Below, piece after piece: positions 1-12,338 of a DNA stretch of 64,000 nt. Each line of letters opens with the position of its first letter. Within the stretch, counting starts at the first letter, position 1. The stretch is from Callorhinchus milii (taxonomy: Eukaryota): positions 372,001 through 436,000 of the forward strand of contig NW_024704772.1 in assembly GCF_018977255.1 (NCBI RefSeq), written 5' to 3'. The notes beneath the pieces are model-generated. The model ran no database searches. It saw only the letters and a program-made list of their open reading frames with translations, and had not been told where the DNA came from. The position numbers and the translations under genes were made by a program.

Positions 1-1981
1 CAGTTGTTGGCTACAGTAGGCTTTAGTAATACTACTGAACAACAGCAGAGGGCAATCCTGTGGTCGCCTCACACTTTCAGAGAAGTAAAATTTCAGAATT
101 TAACAAGAAAATGCATGACTCTGAACTGAGCAGTTTTCTTTGTCCATATTTAAATTGTAGAGGCTTCAATTCTGACATCTTCCTCTAATTTGGTTGCCTT
201 TCCTGGAGATAATTCTGAAACAACTTTACAGTATTCCATTAATTTCCATAATTGTCCACAATTGGCAGAAAAGACTGAGGCTTTTTCTAGCAACTCAGAT
301 GCCACCACAGAACTTTCCTTCCCTGTCTACTCCCTGGTTTCTTCTGAGCAGTTTGGATGTTATGTAAATATGAGCTGTACTGACAGTAAAGGGGCTGTGT
401 GGCACACTTCTACAGTTGAATATCATGCATTTTTAAAGTTTTTTGGGGGTTTGTTTTTGTCCAATTCAGCGTTTACCACGTGGGCTTGCCTCAACCTTGT
501 CTTCGGCTCATGTCGTGTTCAAACAGCTGTGATGCTGAAAATGCTGTTGCTAGCAGTTTTGAAATGCTATTAGCACTTTTTTTTCAAAAGAATGCAAAGT
601 TGTTCCTTGTGAAACCAGTATTGTGTTAGCAGATTGATTTGAACAATTGTCTGAAGTCGGTTATTTTTGTGAGGTGTGCACATAACGATCTTTGAGCTGA
701 CAAAACCTACACAGTTCAGATTGGCCGTCTGAAGGATTCCTTCAGGCCCTGCCTTCAGTGGATGCATTTCAGGCTTTTGATTACTTTAATCGTCAGTGGA
801 GGTTTTACAATTAGAATTATTTGGGAAAAATTTTCTTATGCTTATTTGGTGTTGTGCTAATGTACTAAGGTGCTATATCAAACACAAGGATTATGATGAT
901 TGTGGTCTGACCTCTATTTACCTGCATTCCTCCACCTTCTCTTTCCGGGCCTGATGACCTATAATAAACAGCCACACCAGCGGCTCCTGATGCACTGCGC
1001 AGCCTGTCGGATGCAGGACATGCCTTCCACGGTGCAGTAAGTTCACATTCCTTCACATCTCCCTTCATTGCTACATCTCAGTGCATCTGCACCATTTTTG
1101 CAAACCTCTGCTACCAGCTGCTTGGCGCAGTGGCTTTTTGTTCTCATCCCTGTGTGCTTGGATATCCACTGAACTATTCAAATATTAAAACTTGTCCTGA
1201 AGGTTTATTGCTTTTCTCTTAACAGGCTGCAGTAAACTGCATGAGCCCCTTTGCCTCACTGCTGACAGGGAGTGAGCAATCAAAGCTTCCACTTCAAGCC
1301 CAGGATTTGATGTCATTCAGCCCCAGTTTATCACCACAGTAATGGATGTCAACCAGGCTATCCTAATGTACCAGGCCATCCCTTCAGGTGATGGTGAAGA
1401 ACGTGTACATTCGGAGGGTTTGAGAGAATCTCACAGAGAAACCATGCCATGGGGGCTGACAGTGAGGAAACGGGTAACCATGCCACAACAGATGAAGCTT
1501 TCATTTAAATATGATCATTGGGACACTTTCTAGCACATACAACTTAACTGTTTAATGTGCAGTCACTTGCTGTCAAAATTCACCAGGGGTTTTTGTTCTG
1601 TTCGTATGTTGTAAGTGGCAATAAGTGAATGGCCTTATTTCTGTATATGTAAGTGGGAATGAGGCAGGTCACTATGACTGCCCTCACTCTTGCTTACAAA
1701 TGTGCAAGACCACTTACTAATTGTGTTTTTTCAAACTAGTTTATCACAAACCTGGTGTGTGTGTGTGTGCATGTGCTGTTTGAAGCCGGAGACTTGCTCA
1801 AAATGGATTTGTCATTTACTTGCCAATTTTAGCTATAGCTAATACAGATCGCAATTTATTACGGTCATGTTTTAGTCAATTAAAGGACTTATTGTACAAT
1901 ATGATAGTGATGCTTATAAGACCAGAATTTGTATTCTATAAAGTACATTAAGTGTGGAATTTCTTACCTATATGTTTAACA

Positions 1982-1987
1982 AATAAA
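1982..1987 (+). terminator. Candidate poly(A) signal (AATAAA) of an unidentified upstream + strand transcript
   Basis: AATAAA ends an AT-rich, repeat-poor, 3'UTR-like stretch (~1500-1990) and is followed by a T-rich tract. Confidence 0.3.
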
Positions 1988-2879
1988 AGTCAATCTCTTC
2001 TTTAGTTGAATGAAGGTTAAAGTGAGTGGTCATGGATTTGCTTCTGGAGGGCAGAGTGATTGACGTATATTCTTCCCCCTCTTAATTCTTCAGTTCTTGC
2101 CCAATGTCTTTCTCACCTGTGGGTAGGGAAACAATCAACCTAACTCCGTCTCTTCCTGCTTACCCGATCCCAAAGTATAAAGCGCAAGTTAACAAACATC
2201 AAGGCTTGGGGATCCTACAGCGTGGATTGAGGTACCTGTGCGCATTCTGGGAAGCTTCCCACTCTTTGTTCATCTTGGAGCACCTACCCATTAGAGCTTT
2301 GGCCAGATAGGAACAATCCCAGACTCAGTCTTCCCCGTTGCCTCTGCTTTGCGATTTCTTCCTCTCCTAAGAAACTCTGGCTGCTAATTCCCCTTTTCCA
2401 TGGCCATGGATTCCTGAGGCCAATGGTTGGAGCTGTTACCTCACTGGGCCCCTACCATCACTGAACACATCCGTTCCAGAGGGCAATGGGGAGAAAGAGA
2501 AGCAAAATGTCTTAAATATATATTTTTATAGGTAAATCTCACAAGGAAACAGCTCTTGAGCATTCAATGTACTCTAGCTATCAGACAACTTTAACAAAGC
2601 TCCATCATCAAATCATTGTATTTTATTACTGTCACAGTTCATAGTCAATTACAGGTTTTATTGTGCAGAAAGCTGAGGAAATGATCTACACAAGATGGTC
2701 TGATGGCATTCGCAGGATGGGGTTTGCTGGTGATTAGGGAGGAGGGAATAATGATTGCATCGTGTTAAACTCTGTGTTTTATATATTTATAATTCCTCTT
2801 CGACCGTTCCTATCCCAACCCTCCTTGTCTACCCCCTCCCCTCATGATCCCAACCCCCAGCTCGGGTCCAAATCCCAGA

Positions 2880-3330
2880 GTGTCCAGCGCCTTGGAACAA
2901 CAACAAGATTCCATTTATAGAGCGCCTTTCACGTTGGGAGGACGTCCCAAGGTGCTGTACAGTTGGGTCAGGACCCGAGCATTGGGGGGGAAATGGTCAG
3001 GGTGAGGAGAGGGAAGGGAGGGAGCGAGGAGGGGGTAGAGAGTCGAGAGCGGAGCTGAAGGTACGGTCAAAGAGAAAGGTCTTGAGACCGGCCTTGAAGA
3101 AGGAAAGGGAGGAAGCGGTGAAGGCACTGGGGATAGAGTTCCAGAGCCTCGGGCCTGAGAGGCTGAAGGCCCGACCACCGATGTTGGGGCGGGGGATGTG
3201 GAGCAGACCGGAGCCAGAGGAATGGAGGGTACGGGCGGGCACGTGGGGGGATAGTAGGTCAGAGAGGTAGGAGGGAGTGAGGCCGTGAATGGCCTTGTAG
3301 GTGAGGATGAGGATCTTGAAATCGGGAACG
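2880..3330 (-). mobile_element. LINE2 (L2 clade) 3' fragment: ORF2 C-terminus plus tail
   Basis: Minus-strand translation FKILILTYKAIHGLTPSYLSDLL...RTLHSS...GGRAFSLSGPRLWNSIP...FKAGLKTFLF is the typical L2 ORF2 end. It is followed by a gggacgtcctcccaacgtgaaaggcgctctataaatg tail. Confidence 0.85.
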
Positions 3331-4136
3331 TCCTCCCGATGTGAAAGGCGTTGTGTAAATGTCATACCTGTTCAGGTAGCCATTATTAGACACCAGAAGA
3401 GATACGAGAAGGAAAATGAGTTCCTCCTCATGTCCTGACCATCAATTCTCCAAATCAGTTGGGCCATTCACCTCTTGTCTATTTGTGGAATGTTGCCATG
3501 TGTCAAAACACTGCAATTTACCTACAAAGGCTTTTGAGATATTTCAGTGATGAGGTAGGTGCTGAGGAAATGCTGGACAATACCCAGGTTCTGACCAAAT
3601 AAAGCATATTCACACGTACATTTTTACGTACTTCATAGAAAACAATGTACAGGAAAACAAGTCTGACAGAATTGAACATTGCCATCATAGTTTCCATCAC
3701 CTGCACCGCCCAGTCATCCCTCATACACTAATCTTACTGGCTATTCTATAGAGCCGGGAGAGATCTCGGGCTCGGATTACAGCTGTGTTTGTTTATAGGA
3801 AGGTCCAAATTAACATTTCAGCTCCAATTCTGTTGCTGAATTCTATGTGCCGGGGCTTAGGGCATTAATTGAAATGCCTGTTGGGAGCTTTGTCTTATCA
3901 GGTAGTTGATGTGGTTACCTCTCCTGTTACTGGTCATGGCAGGGTGACCGCACCTGCAGAAGCCAGTGACTGGCTTATGTTCTACTCTTGTTATAAAACC
4001 CTCTCCCACCTGCAGATTTTCCAAACATGGCTTCCACTTAAGCAATGAACAAACAGTCACTACGCTGGGGTTTGACGCTAAGCAGGAAAGGGAGAAAAGG
4101 AGACTGAAGGTAATATTCCCTTCAATAAATAATAAT

Positions 4137-4300
4137 TTGGTCCACGATTGTTTGTGGGTCACTGCTGTGCGCAATTGGCTGCCGCGTTTTGCTCACAAAA
4201 TACGCAATGAATTCACTTCACAGTATATTCCGTGAAGCGCTTTGAGATATCTTGATAACGTGATAAAAGCGCTATATTAAATGCAAGGATTATTATCATT
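4137..4300 (+). mobile_element. SINE 3' half (Deu-like core plus L2-type tail), member of the dominant family in this window
   Basis: tgtttgtggg..ctgctgtgcgcaattggctgccgcgttt...aagcgctttgaga...gcgctatattaaatgcaaggattattat. More than 20 similar copies occur in the window. Confidence 0.8.
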
Positions 4301-6009
4301 ACCAAATAGCTTGGTCAAACCGGATTGGTTTCGTTAAGAAGCCTTGTCATGTGACTTTTTTTATAATGTTTTTATATCAAAATGTCCAAAACAGGAAATG
4401 GAGCAATCTTAACAACTGCATCAGTTTCCCACTGACAACGTCTGTGTGTGTGTGTGTGTGTGTGCGCCCTTGATGTGTGACATTCACACCGTGTGATTCA
4501 CGTCAGCCTGGCATCTTTACTGAGAATTAATCTGCTGTCCATTACCGGGAAATGCTATGTCCAGCGCACAGTACACTTCTAATGGCCCTCATGGGGTTGC
4601 CTTAATGAAAACAGTGTGCCGAAAATGTCTCGCAAAGGGCCACGTCTAACCCCCCCTCTTCCCTTCCCCCTCCCGGCCCCATCTTACTGTGACCTAAAAG
4701 GCTGTGATACTCACTGAAGAATGTGGCTCGATCTAATTTGAGGTTGCAATCGTAAACACAGCTATAATTTTATTGTATATTTTAATTTATTCCCTTTACT
4801 TCTCATCTATCTCCTCTGTTCTGTCCAGCTCTGAGATAAGAAAGCAGGAAGAACTCTTCATGCTCCCCACCCCCCCACCCCCACATACATGCACCACTTG
4901 CTCCTCCACCATCACTTGCTCCGAGATGTTATTCTACGTGCAGAGCTCTATAATTGCAAGTTGCTCACTGTGTGCGCAGAGGAAACCAGCCAGTCAAGCC
5001 GGAAGAATACTGCACTTCCAGTTTACCATGAGGTCTAAATGTCTGGTCGTCATCATTGTGACTTCCTTAACCAAACACAACGGATCTGCACTCAGCAAGA
5101 TCCAACAAACAACCTTGATGGCCTAGACACGGAGAACCCTTTGCATTAGTGCTGTAGCATCTTCAACGTCCACTGGGACTGGTTTAACGTGTCACCTGAA
5201 TTATAGCAACAACTTGCACTTATATAGCGCCCCACACTCAGCGCTGAACAGTGGCGGAGCCTGACTCAGCCGTGGGGCGGGTGGGGTAGTGGGTAGCCGT
5301 AAGCACGGTCGAACAGATAGGTGGGACTTGAAAACGGGGGGAGAGAGTGGGCAAGGCGGAGGGATTGAGGACGAATATAATAACACAAGCCAAACCCAAG
5401 CATTGTGTTAGAGTGTCAGCCCGGAGCCTGAGCAGCGAGACCACACGTTGCTGGTGCCTGATGTGAGTATGAGGTGAGCTGATGAAATGGCTCTGTGAGT
5501 CGCGTGACATCACACCCCTTCAGTAAAGACATCACTATACTCATTGTGTTGCCAACCCCACTCTCCCGCTCGTCAGCTGCCACGTTCAGACCCCAGCCAA
5601 CTCTCACCACCTCCTCAAACAGAGTCTCCAGGATTATCAGGGCCAACGATACCATGGTGTGTGAACGATAGACATTTGGTGGCCAGGTGGTTTTCGTACA
5701 TACACCTCTGCATCTTTTGAGTATATTTTGTGCCTCAGTTAAAAATGGTTTACATAAGCCATCCTTTCCTGGTTACATGCACACACACGCCACAAGAGGA
5801 AAATCAATGTAACCTAAATGATGTCACTCTCTGGTATGAATTGCCCGCTCACTGAGTCAGTCAGCCTCCAGTCTTCCTTCTCTGATGTGCGCACATCGCA
5901 GCTCCTTGTTTGGAAGGTCTTGTGCCATGACCTATCTGCTGTGAGACTGCCCACAGATACCTGGATTTAGCTGCATTTAGCTTGCCGGCTACTTGCCAAT
6001 CACTTCAAT

Positions 6010-6465
6010 AATATTCCTTGCACTCGACCCAGTGCCTTTCACGTCAGGAGGACATCTTGGCGCGCTTCACCTCATTTACTACGGAGTGTCGTGACTGTGT
6101 ATTTTGTGGGCAAAGGCAGCCGGTGATTTGGAATGTCTCAGAAACGCATCTCGGTAGTTACTGACGCACAGTGACTCATTTATCTGTTGGGAAATGTCGC
6201 AGTCACATCGCACGCCCGCAAACAGCCACCAGGGGAATGGAGATGCTTTCTGGGGATTGTTGGCCAGGACACCCCGAGAAACTCCCTTCTCATTTTGAAT
6301 ATTGTCCACCTGAACCTCAGTCTAACGTCTCATCCCACAGTGCAACGTGCCCCCCCCTCAGAGTGTCTGCCAAGACTGAGCTCAAAGCCCTGAAGTGGGG
6401 CTTAAACTTAACCACAACTATTGTGTTTCAGAGGCGAGAGTGTGAATGACTGAGCCAGGCTGATG
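6010..6465 (-). mobile_element. Older full-length tRNA-head Deu-type SINE
   Basis: Minus strand begins tcagcctggctcagtcattcacactctcgcctctgaa (tRNA-like head), continues ggatgagacgttagactgag (Deu-like core) and ends with an L2-like tail. Confidence 0.65.
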
Positions 6466-7119
6466 TTAATAATAAAATGGTTATGTTATCTCACACCATT
6501 ATAGTATATTTTATACCATTATTATTTACAGATAATATATATGACATTATTGCAATATTTATTATATAACAAATAATAAATATGTCTGAAATGCTGTACA
6601 CTTTCCAGCACCTTGGGACGTCCCCCCGAAGTGAAAGGCACTATATAAATGCAATCTGGTTGTATATACTATTATTTATACCATTTTATTATATATTATG
6701 TTTATATAGATGCTGTCCAGTGTTATATAAATGCTTGTGGTTATCTGTCATACAGTATTACTATTGTATTTAATAATGAATGATTACCATTGTATAGCAT
6801 ATAACCAGAGTATTATACAATAACATCCAATAGTACTCCTTGCGTTTGATATAGCGCCTTATCACGCCTTCTAGACGTCTCAAAACGCTTCACGGGAAAT
6901 ACTGTCAAGTGAATTGACTATATTTTGGGGGTTAATATATATATATACTTTACCATATAATATGATGCCATACATCATACATATATTTACTATATAATAA
7001 TAATCTGCCAGTTTATTAGGTGTAAGTTATTGTTGCCGTTGTTTTATTGTTGTACACTATACTTATAGTATAGTAACGCCTAATAATAATAATCCCTCCA
7101 AAACAGACAACAATAATAA

Positions 7120-7290
7120 ATTGCTCATTTTCTACCCACCGCTGTTTGTGGGACAGACATTGCTGTGAGCAATTCCGCCCACAGACATACAGTCAATTCA
7201 CTTTTACAGTCTATTCTGTGAAGCGCTTTGGGACGTCGAGAAGGTGTGAGAAGCGCTGTATCAAATGCGCGGATTGTTGTTGTTGTTGTG
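7120..7290 (+). mobile_element. SINE 3' half
   Basis: Matches the family consensus and ends in (ttg)n. Confidence 0.75.
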
Positions 7291-7518
7291 TATNNNNNNN
7301 NNNNNNNNNNNNNNNNNNNNNNNNNNNNNNNNNNNNNNNNNNNNNNNNNNNNNNNNNNNNNNNNNNNNNNNNNNNNNNNNNNNNNNNNNNNNNNNNNNNN
7401 NNNNNNNNNNNNNNNNNNNNNNNNNNNNNNNNNNNNNNNNNNNNNNNNNNNNNNNNNNNNNNNNNNNNNNNNNNNNNNNNNNNNNNNNNNNNNNNNNNNN
7501 NNNNNNNNNNNNNNNNNN

Positions 7519-7790
7519 NGGTATTTCGGTCGGCGGACGGTAATTGCGCCTTTAAGGGCTCCGGGGCTGCGCTGTGTATCCGGGTCCTGTGAGTGATGGC
7601 GGCGGTGTGAAGCCGAGTGTCGGTGGGTCCCTCCGGCAATCTGCCGCCATCCCCCGCCCCCGGGCCGCCGGGGGGCCCGAGCACCGGCCGGACTGCAGCC
7701 CCGGGCGGCCGGGGGGCGGGGGGGCCGGGAATGGGGGGGCGCCGGGACCCCGGGACCCCGGGAAAGGGCGGCGAAGAGAGAGAGGCCTCC
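7519..7790 (+). promoter_or_regulatory. CSNK1E: CpG island with putative non-coding first exon of CSNK1E (donor after 7622)
   Basis: CpG-dense and GC-rich, with a YY1-like gATGGCGGC motif and a cg|GTGGGT donor. The next acceptor (8359-8360) lies 12 nt before the ATG. The 5' end is hidden by an N-gap. Confidence 0.6.
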
Positions 7791-7819
7791 GCTGTGTGTG
7801 TGTGTGTGTGTGAGAGGCG

Positions 7820-8346
7820 CTCTCTCTCCCTCTCCCTCATCTCTCCCTCATCCCTCCCTCTCTCTCATCCCTCTCTCCCTCATCCCTCTCTCCCTCATCC
7901 CTCTCCCTCATCCCTCCCTCTCCATAATCTCTCCCTCCCTCTCTCCCTCCCTCATCCCTCTCTCATCCCTCTCCATAATCTCTCCCTCATCCCTCCCTCC
8001 CTCATCCCTCTCTCCCTCATCCCTCTCTCATCCCTCTCCCTCATCCCTCCCTCCCTCATCCCTCTCCCTCATCCCTCTCTCTCTCCCTCCCCCTCATCCC
8101 TCCCTCCCTCATCCCTCTCTCTCTCTTCCTCCCTCATCCCTCCCTTCCCCCCTCTCCCTCCCTCTCTCTCTCCCTGTCCCTCCCTCCCCTATCCCTCTCT
8201 TCCTCTCTATCCCTCTCACTCTTTCTTTCCCTCCCTCTCTCCCTCATTCCTCCCTCCCTCTCTCTCACCCTCTCTCCCTCATTCCTCCCTCCCTCCCCCC
8301 CCCCCCCCCTCTCTCTCTCTCTCTCTCACACACTCTCTCTCTCTCT
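7820..8346. repeat. Polypyrimidine low-complexity repeat (CCCTCAT/CCCT/CT units)
   Basis: About 500 bp of almost pure C/T directly upstream of the first coding-exon acceptor. Confidence 0.85.
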
Positions 8347-8372
8347 CATTGTGTTTTCAGTACAAAATAAAG

Positions 8373-8739
8373 ATGGAGCTGAGAGTTGGCAACAAATACC
8401 GGTTGGGGAGGAAGATAGGCAGCGGCTCCTTTGGTGACATCTATTTGGGTGAGTTCCACCCCCCAATCACATCAGCTGCGCCTTGTTGTTGGGGGGGTGG
8501 GGGGGGGGGGAAGTATGTCTGTGGGGTGGGGTGTCTTTGTGTGTGTGTGAGGGAGAGTGTGTGTGTGGGGGTGAGGAGACAGAGGGAATGTCTTGGCCCT
8601 ACAGCTGAAGATGCTGTTATTTCCTATATGACAATACATCCAAACCTTTTATCTCTCTCTGTGTCTCTCTCTCTCTCTCCGTCACTCTCTCTCTCTATCT
8701 CTGTCACTATCTCTCTCTATCTCTCTCTCTCTGTCACTA

Positions 8740-8771
<32 letters not shown>

Positions 8772-11443
8772 GCTCTTTCATCTATGTTAAAAACGTGATT
8801 TTTACTAAATAAATCAAGTGCAGAGTTTGATTTTTTTTTCCCTTTTTTTTAATGTACGTGTAATATAACTATTATTTTGCCCACAAAATATACAGTCACT
8901 ACACTTTGCAGCGTATCCTGTGAAGCGCTTTGCGACGTCTGGCAGATGTGATAGGGCGCTACGTCAAATGCCAGGATTATTATTATTTTTTGACATTTAT
9001 CTTTGTGCCCTTCTATTTTTTAAACAATTGTATTTGTTTTTTTCTATATACATATATATATATGTGTGTGTGTGTGTGAAAAGCTATTGTTATATATAAA
9101 ACATACACACATACAGATGTATGTATATTAACTTTAAATCTTTTTTTCTCACACGTCTGTATTTTTAAAACAACCTGATTTGTTTTTAATTGGTCTCTTT
9201 ATTTTGTATATAAAACGTACGTACGTGCGTGTGTATAGACTTTATACCTTTTTCCTCCCACGCTTCCGATTTGAAAACAATTATTTGTTGTTAAGTGGTT
9301 TGTTTTATTTCTCTTATTATACTGTATATAAAATGTACTCAACCTCCTTTTTCCCACGCTCCTGTTTTTTCTGAAGACAATTTAATTTGTCAAGTGGAGT
9401 TTAATTTAGTGTTATGTGTATGACATTCCAACCATTCTCTCCTGTGTTTTATTGGGGGTGGTGGGGGGGGAATTGAAATTGTATATACATATTATACTAT
9501 ATAAATAAAGTATACATATATACATTAATATACATTATTCCCTTTTATTTAGATTTGCTTACGTCTAAATTTGAATATTTTTTGGTTGTTGGAGAGGAAG
9601 GAGTGAGAGAAATTAGGGTTTTTTTTTCTAAATGTTTCTAAAACAAAATGAAAACAGATGTTTAGTATTAATTGGTCTCTCGTCTGTGGTCAGAGATGGT
9701 GTTATCATAATAATAATAATAATAATAATCCTTGCATTTGATATAGCGCCTTATCACATCTTCCAGACGTCTCAAAGCGCTTTACAGTGAAGTGAATTGA
9801 CTGTTATGTTCTGCAGCAAAAAATTTATATTATTTGCAATTTGTGAGTGCGTTGATTTGGGAGGTGGGGGGAAGGCTTGGCTGTCGGGTGAGTGGCTGTG
9901 TGTGTGTTGGGGGGTTGTTGGGAGGAGGAGAGAAGGGGCTTTGTTCTAATTTGCCCTATCAAAAGTTACAGAACCCGACACAGTATCTAACGTGTGTGGT
10001 GTGACGTGGGCCGGGGTACATGCAATAGTCGTCTCAGAGCTTCCTAACCTCCCAGTAGATCTGCTCCAATTCCCGATCAGAGCTTTGGAGAGCAAGAGAG
10101 AGAGAGAGAGAGAGAGACGGGGCGGGGGAATGAACCCCGGAACTCCGGAGGGGAAGAGTGACTGGGTTGCTAGTGCATTAGATGGTTCTCTTCCCTCTCT
10201 CCCACCCCACCCCAGTGTAATGGCCATTTGGTGTGTGAATTTGCCTACTGCATGATATGCAGCTCAATGTTTGATGGTCCTGAGGCGTTGCCTGGGGTCT
10301 GTGGTGGACCTCTGGGCGTGACGTGATGGCTGGGAAGCCACGGTTCTGCTCTGGAGGAGGGCTTAAACCTGACGTAAGAACACCTAAGGTAAAAATAGGT
10401 GTTTTGAGACCCTGTAGAGGTTTGTGAGGCCTCCAGGCAGAGGCAGGGTGGGGGCTGGTGCGGGGGGCACTCCCTCCCTGCTCCCAGCCCAGGAGCCAAC
10501 ACACAGCTATACAGACTGGTTGTAATTTGAGAGCTTGACCAGAGAGAAAGGCCTACCTGCTTGCCATCCATTGGGTCTTGGAGAAGCACTTTGGGATGTC
10601 CTCCTGACGTGAACTGCTGTGAATTTGTACTGTGATGTATTCTAGTGGATTTGCGATGAGGTGATGTTTATACGCCAGTTCTTGCAATAGTTGTGGGTCT
10701 TGAGTTAAGAACACTCGCTACCTTTAATTTTCTAATCGGAAGCGTTGGCTTGGACATGGAACCCACTGCCTGTTTGCCCAGTGGTCACTTCACTCCAACC
10801 TATTGGGGTTGGAGAGGGTTTGAGTTGGTGATGCTTGCATTTTACACAGCCGAATGCGGCAGCCGAATGCGCACGGCAGAAACAGAGATACTGGCTGTCA
10901 TTTAATCGCTCTGGGGCGCCAGCCTGCGTGACGGGCTGTGTATGAGTTGTTGTTTGAGAAGCTCTGCTCTAGCCTGGGAGTGAGTGAGTGAGTGAGTGAG
11001 TGAGTGTGGAGCCTGCGAACCCGTGCATTTTACATAATGCAGCGAAGCAACGTCAGGTGATGAGGAGGGAGCCTTTGGAGAGTAGCAGATGGCTGTGAGT
11101 GTAAGCAGGCCACACGAGGGGATTGAGTGGAGTGAGAGTGTGCGTGCGTGTTGGGGAGGGCGGGGGTTCCAGGGCGCCTGCTCACACCACTCAGCTGCCC
11201 TGGGGGAACCGGTCCTTACTGACCACACGGGTTTGCCGTGGGAGGGAGAGAGGGCGGGCGGGAGGTTGTCTCCTGTCGACCCCCGCTAAGGCTCCCCTAT
11301 GCTGACAGCGCACACTGCTGCGCAGTCAGGCTGTGCATTACGACACAGAGAGAGAGAGGGGAGTGTGTGTGTGTGAGGGATTACGACACCAGCCTGCAGT
11401 AACAGCAGCCGACAGGGAGGAGAGCAATTGTACTTCTGTTTTT

Positions 11444-11481
<38 letters not shown>

Positions 11482-12293
11482 CCGGATGATAGTATGTAAT
11501 ATGTGTGCGCGAGTGTGTGTATGTGTGTGTGAGACGTGCAGTTTATACGTGTTCTCTGGGGTCTGTGTACCTGCCTTTATTCAGACCCACGCCTGCCCCG
11601 AAGACAGTTTGCCCTCGTGCTGCTGGCCTCTGGGATGTGTGTACTCGCCAGTCTGTTACTGCAAACCTTCAGGTGGTCAGAGGACATGTTACTGACCTAC
11701 CAATGAAGTGAGAGGGACGTTAATCACAAATACTGCGTGTCTGTGTGACAGAGCAGTGTCTCGGACAGAGACAGGTTCCCGGGGGGTGTCTGACAGACAC
11801 TGGCTCCAGTGCAGGGTGAGTTGGAGTCTTTGAGGGATTGACTGTGTCTCTGACTCCACAGTTGGCAGCGATGAGCTGACGGCGATGGCTGCAGTAGCTC
11901 TCCTCATCCCCTCAGCCCCTGTGGCTGTCACGGCGTGTGATTGGCAGCTGGGACTGGCTCCTGAATTCAGCAGCTCGTTGTTCTCCTCTACCCCAGAGCC
12001 CTGGGCCCTGATTGGGAAAGCTGCTGAGAGCTGAGCTGTTAGATCAGGGACTCGGACACTGGCCTGCGCGTTAATCCGCTCTCCGCTCTCCTCACCTCAT
12101 CGTGCTTGAGAACGCAAAGCTTTCAATTTGGGGCTGGAGGGCGGAAGGTCGCTCTGAATAGCTGGTATTTGTTGCTGAGTGCCAGTGTTTCTGTGTTGAC
12201 AAGGTGTTTATTTAACACTTGTTGTCCTTGTTTAGTTGGCACAGACTGATACAGCTTTAACATGAGAGCCTGAGCTTCAGTGGCAATGATCCC

Positions 12294-12338
<45 letters not shown>

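Noticed and set aside
190-573. 127-aa ORF at the window start
   Set aside because: Non-ATG start, no recognisable domain, and no resemblance to KCNJ4. The minus-strand frames are all closed within the first 100 bp.
7294-7518. ORFs running through N-gaps (also at 21442, 21982, 27028, 31030, 33314, 35764, 38733, 38886, 44452, 53961)
   Set aside because: They are open only because N cannot form stop codons.
7617-8372. Long Pro/Ser/Leu-rich N-terminal extension of CK1epsilon in the ORF track
   Set aside because: This is the translation of an intronic C/T repeat. A splice acceptor lies 12 nt before the conserved MELRV start.
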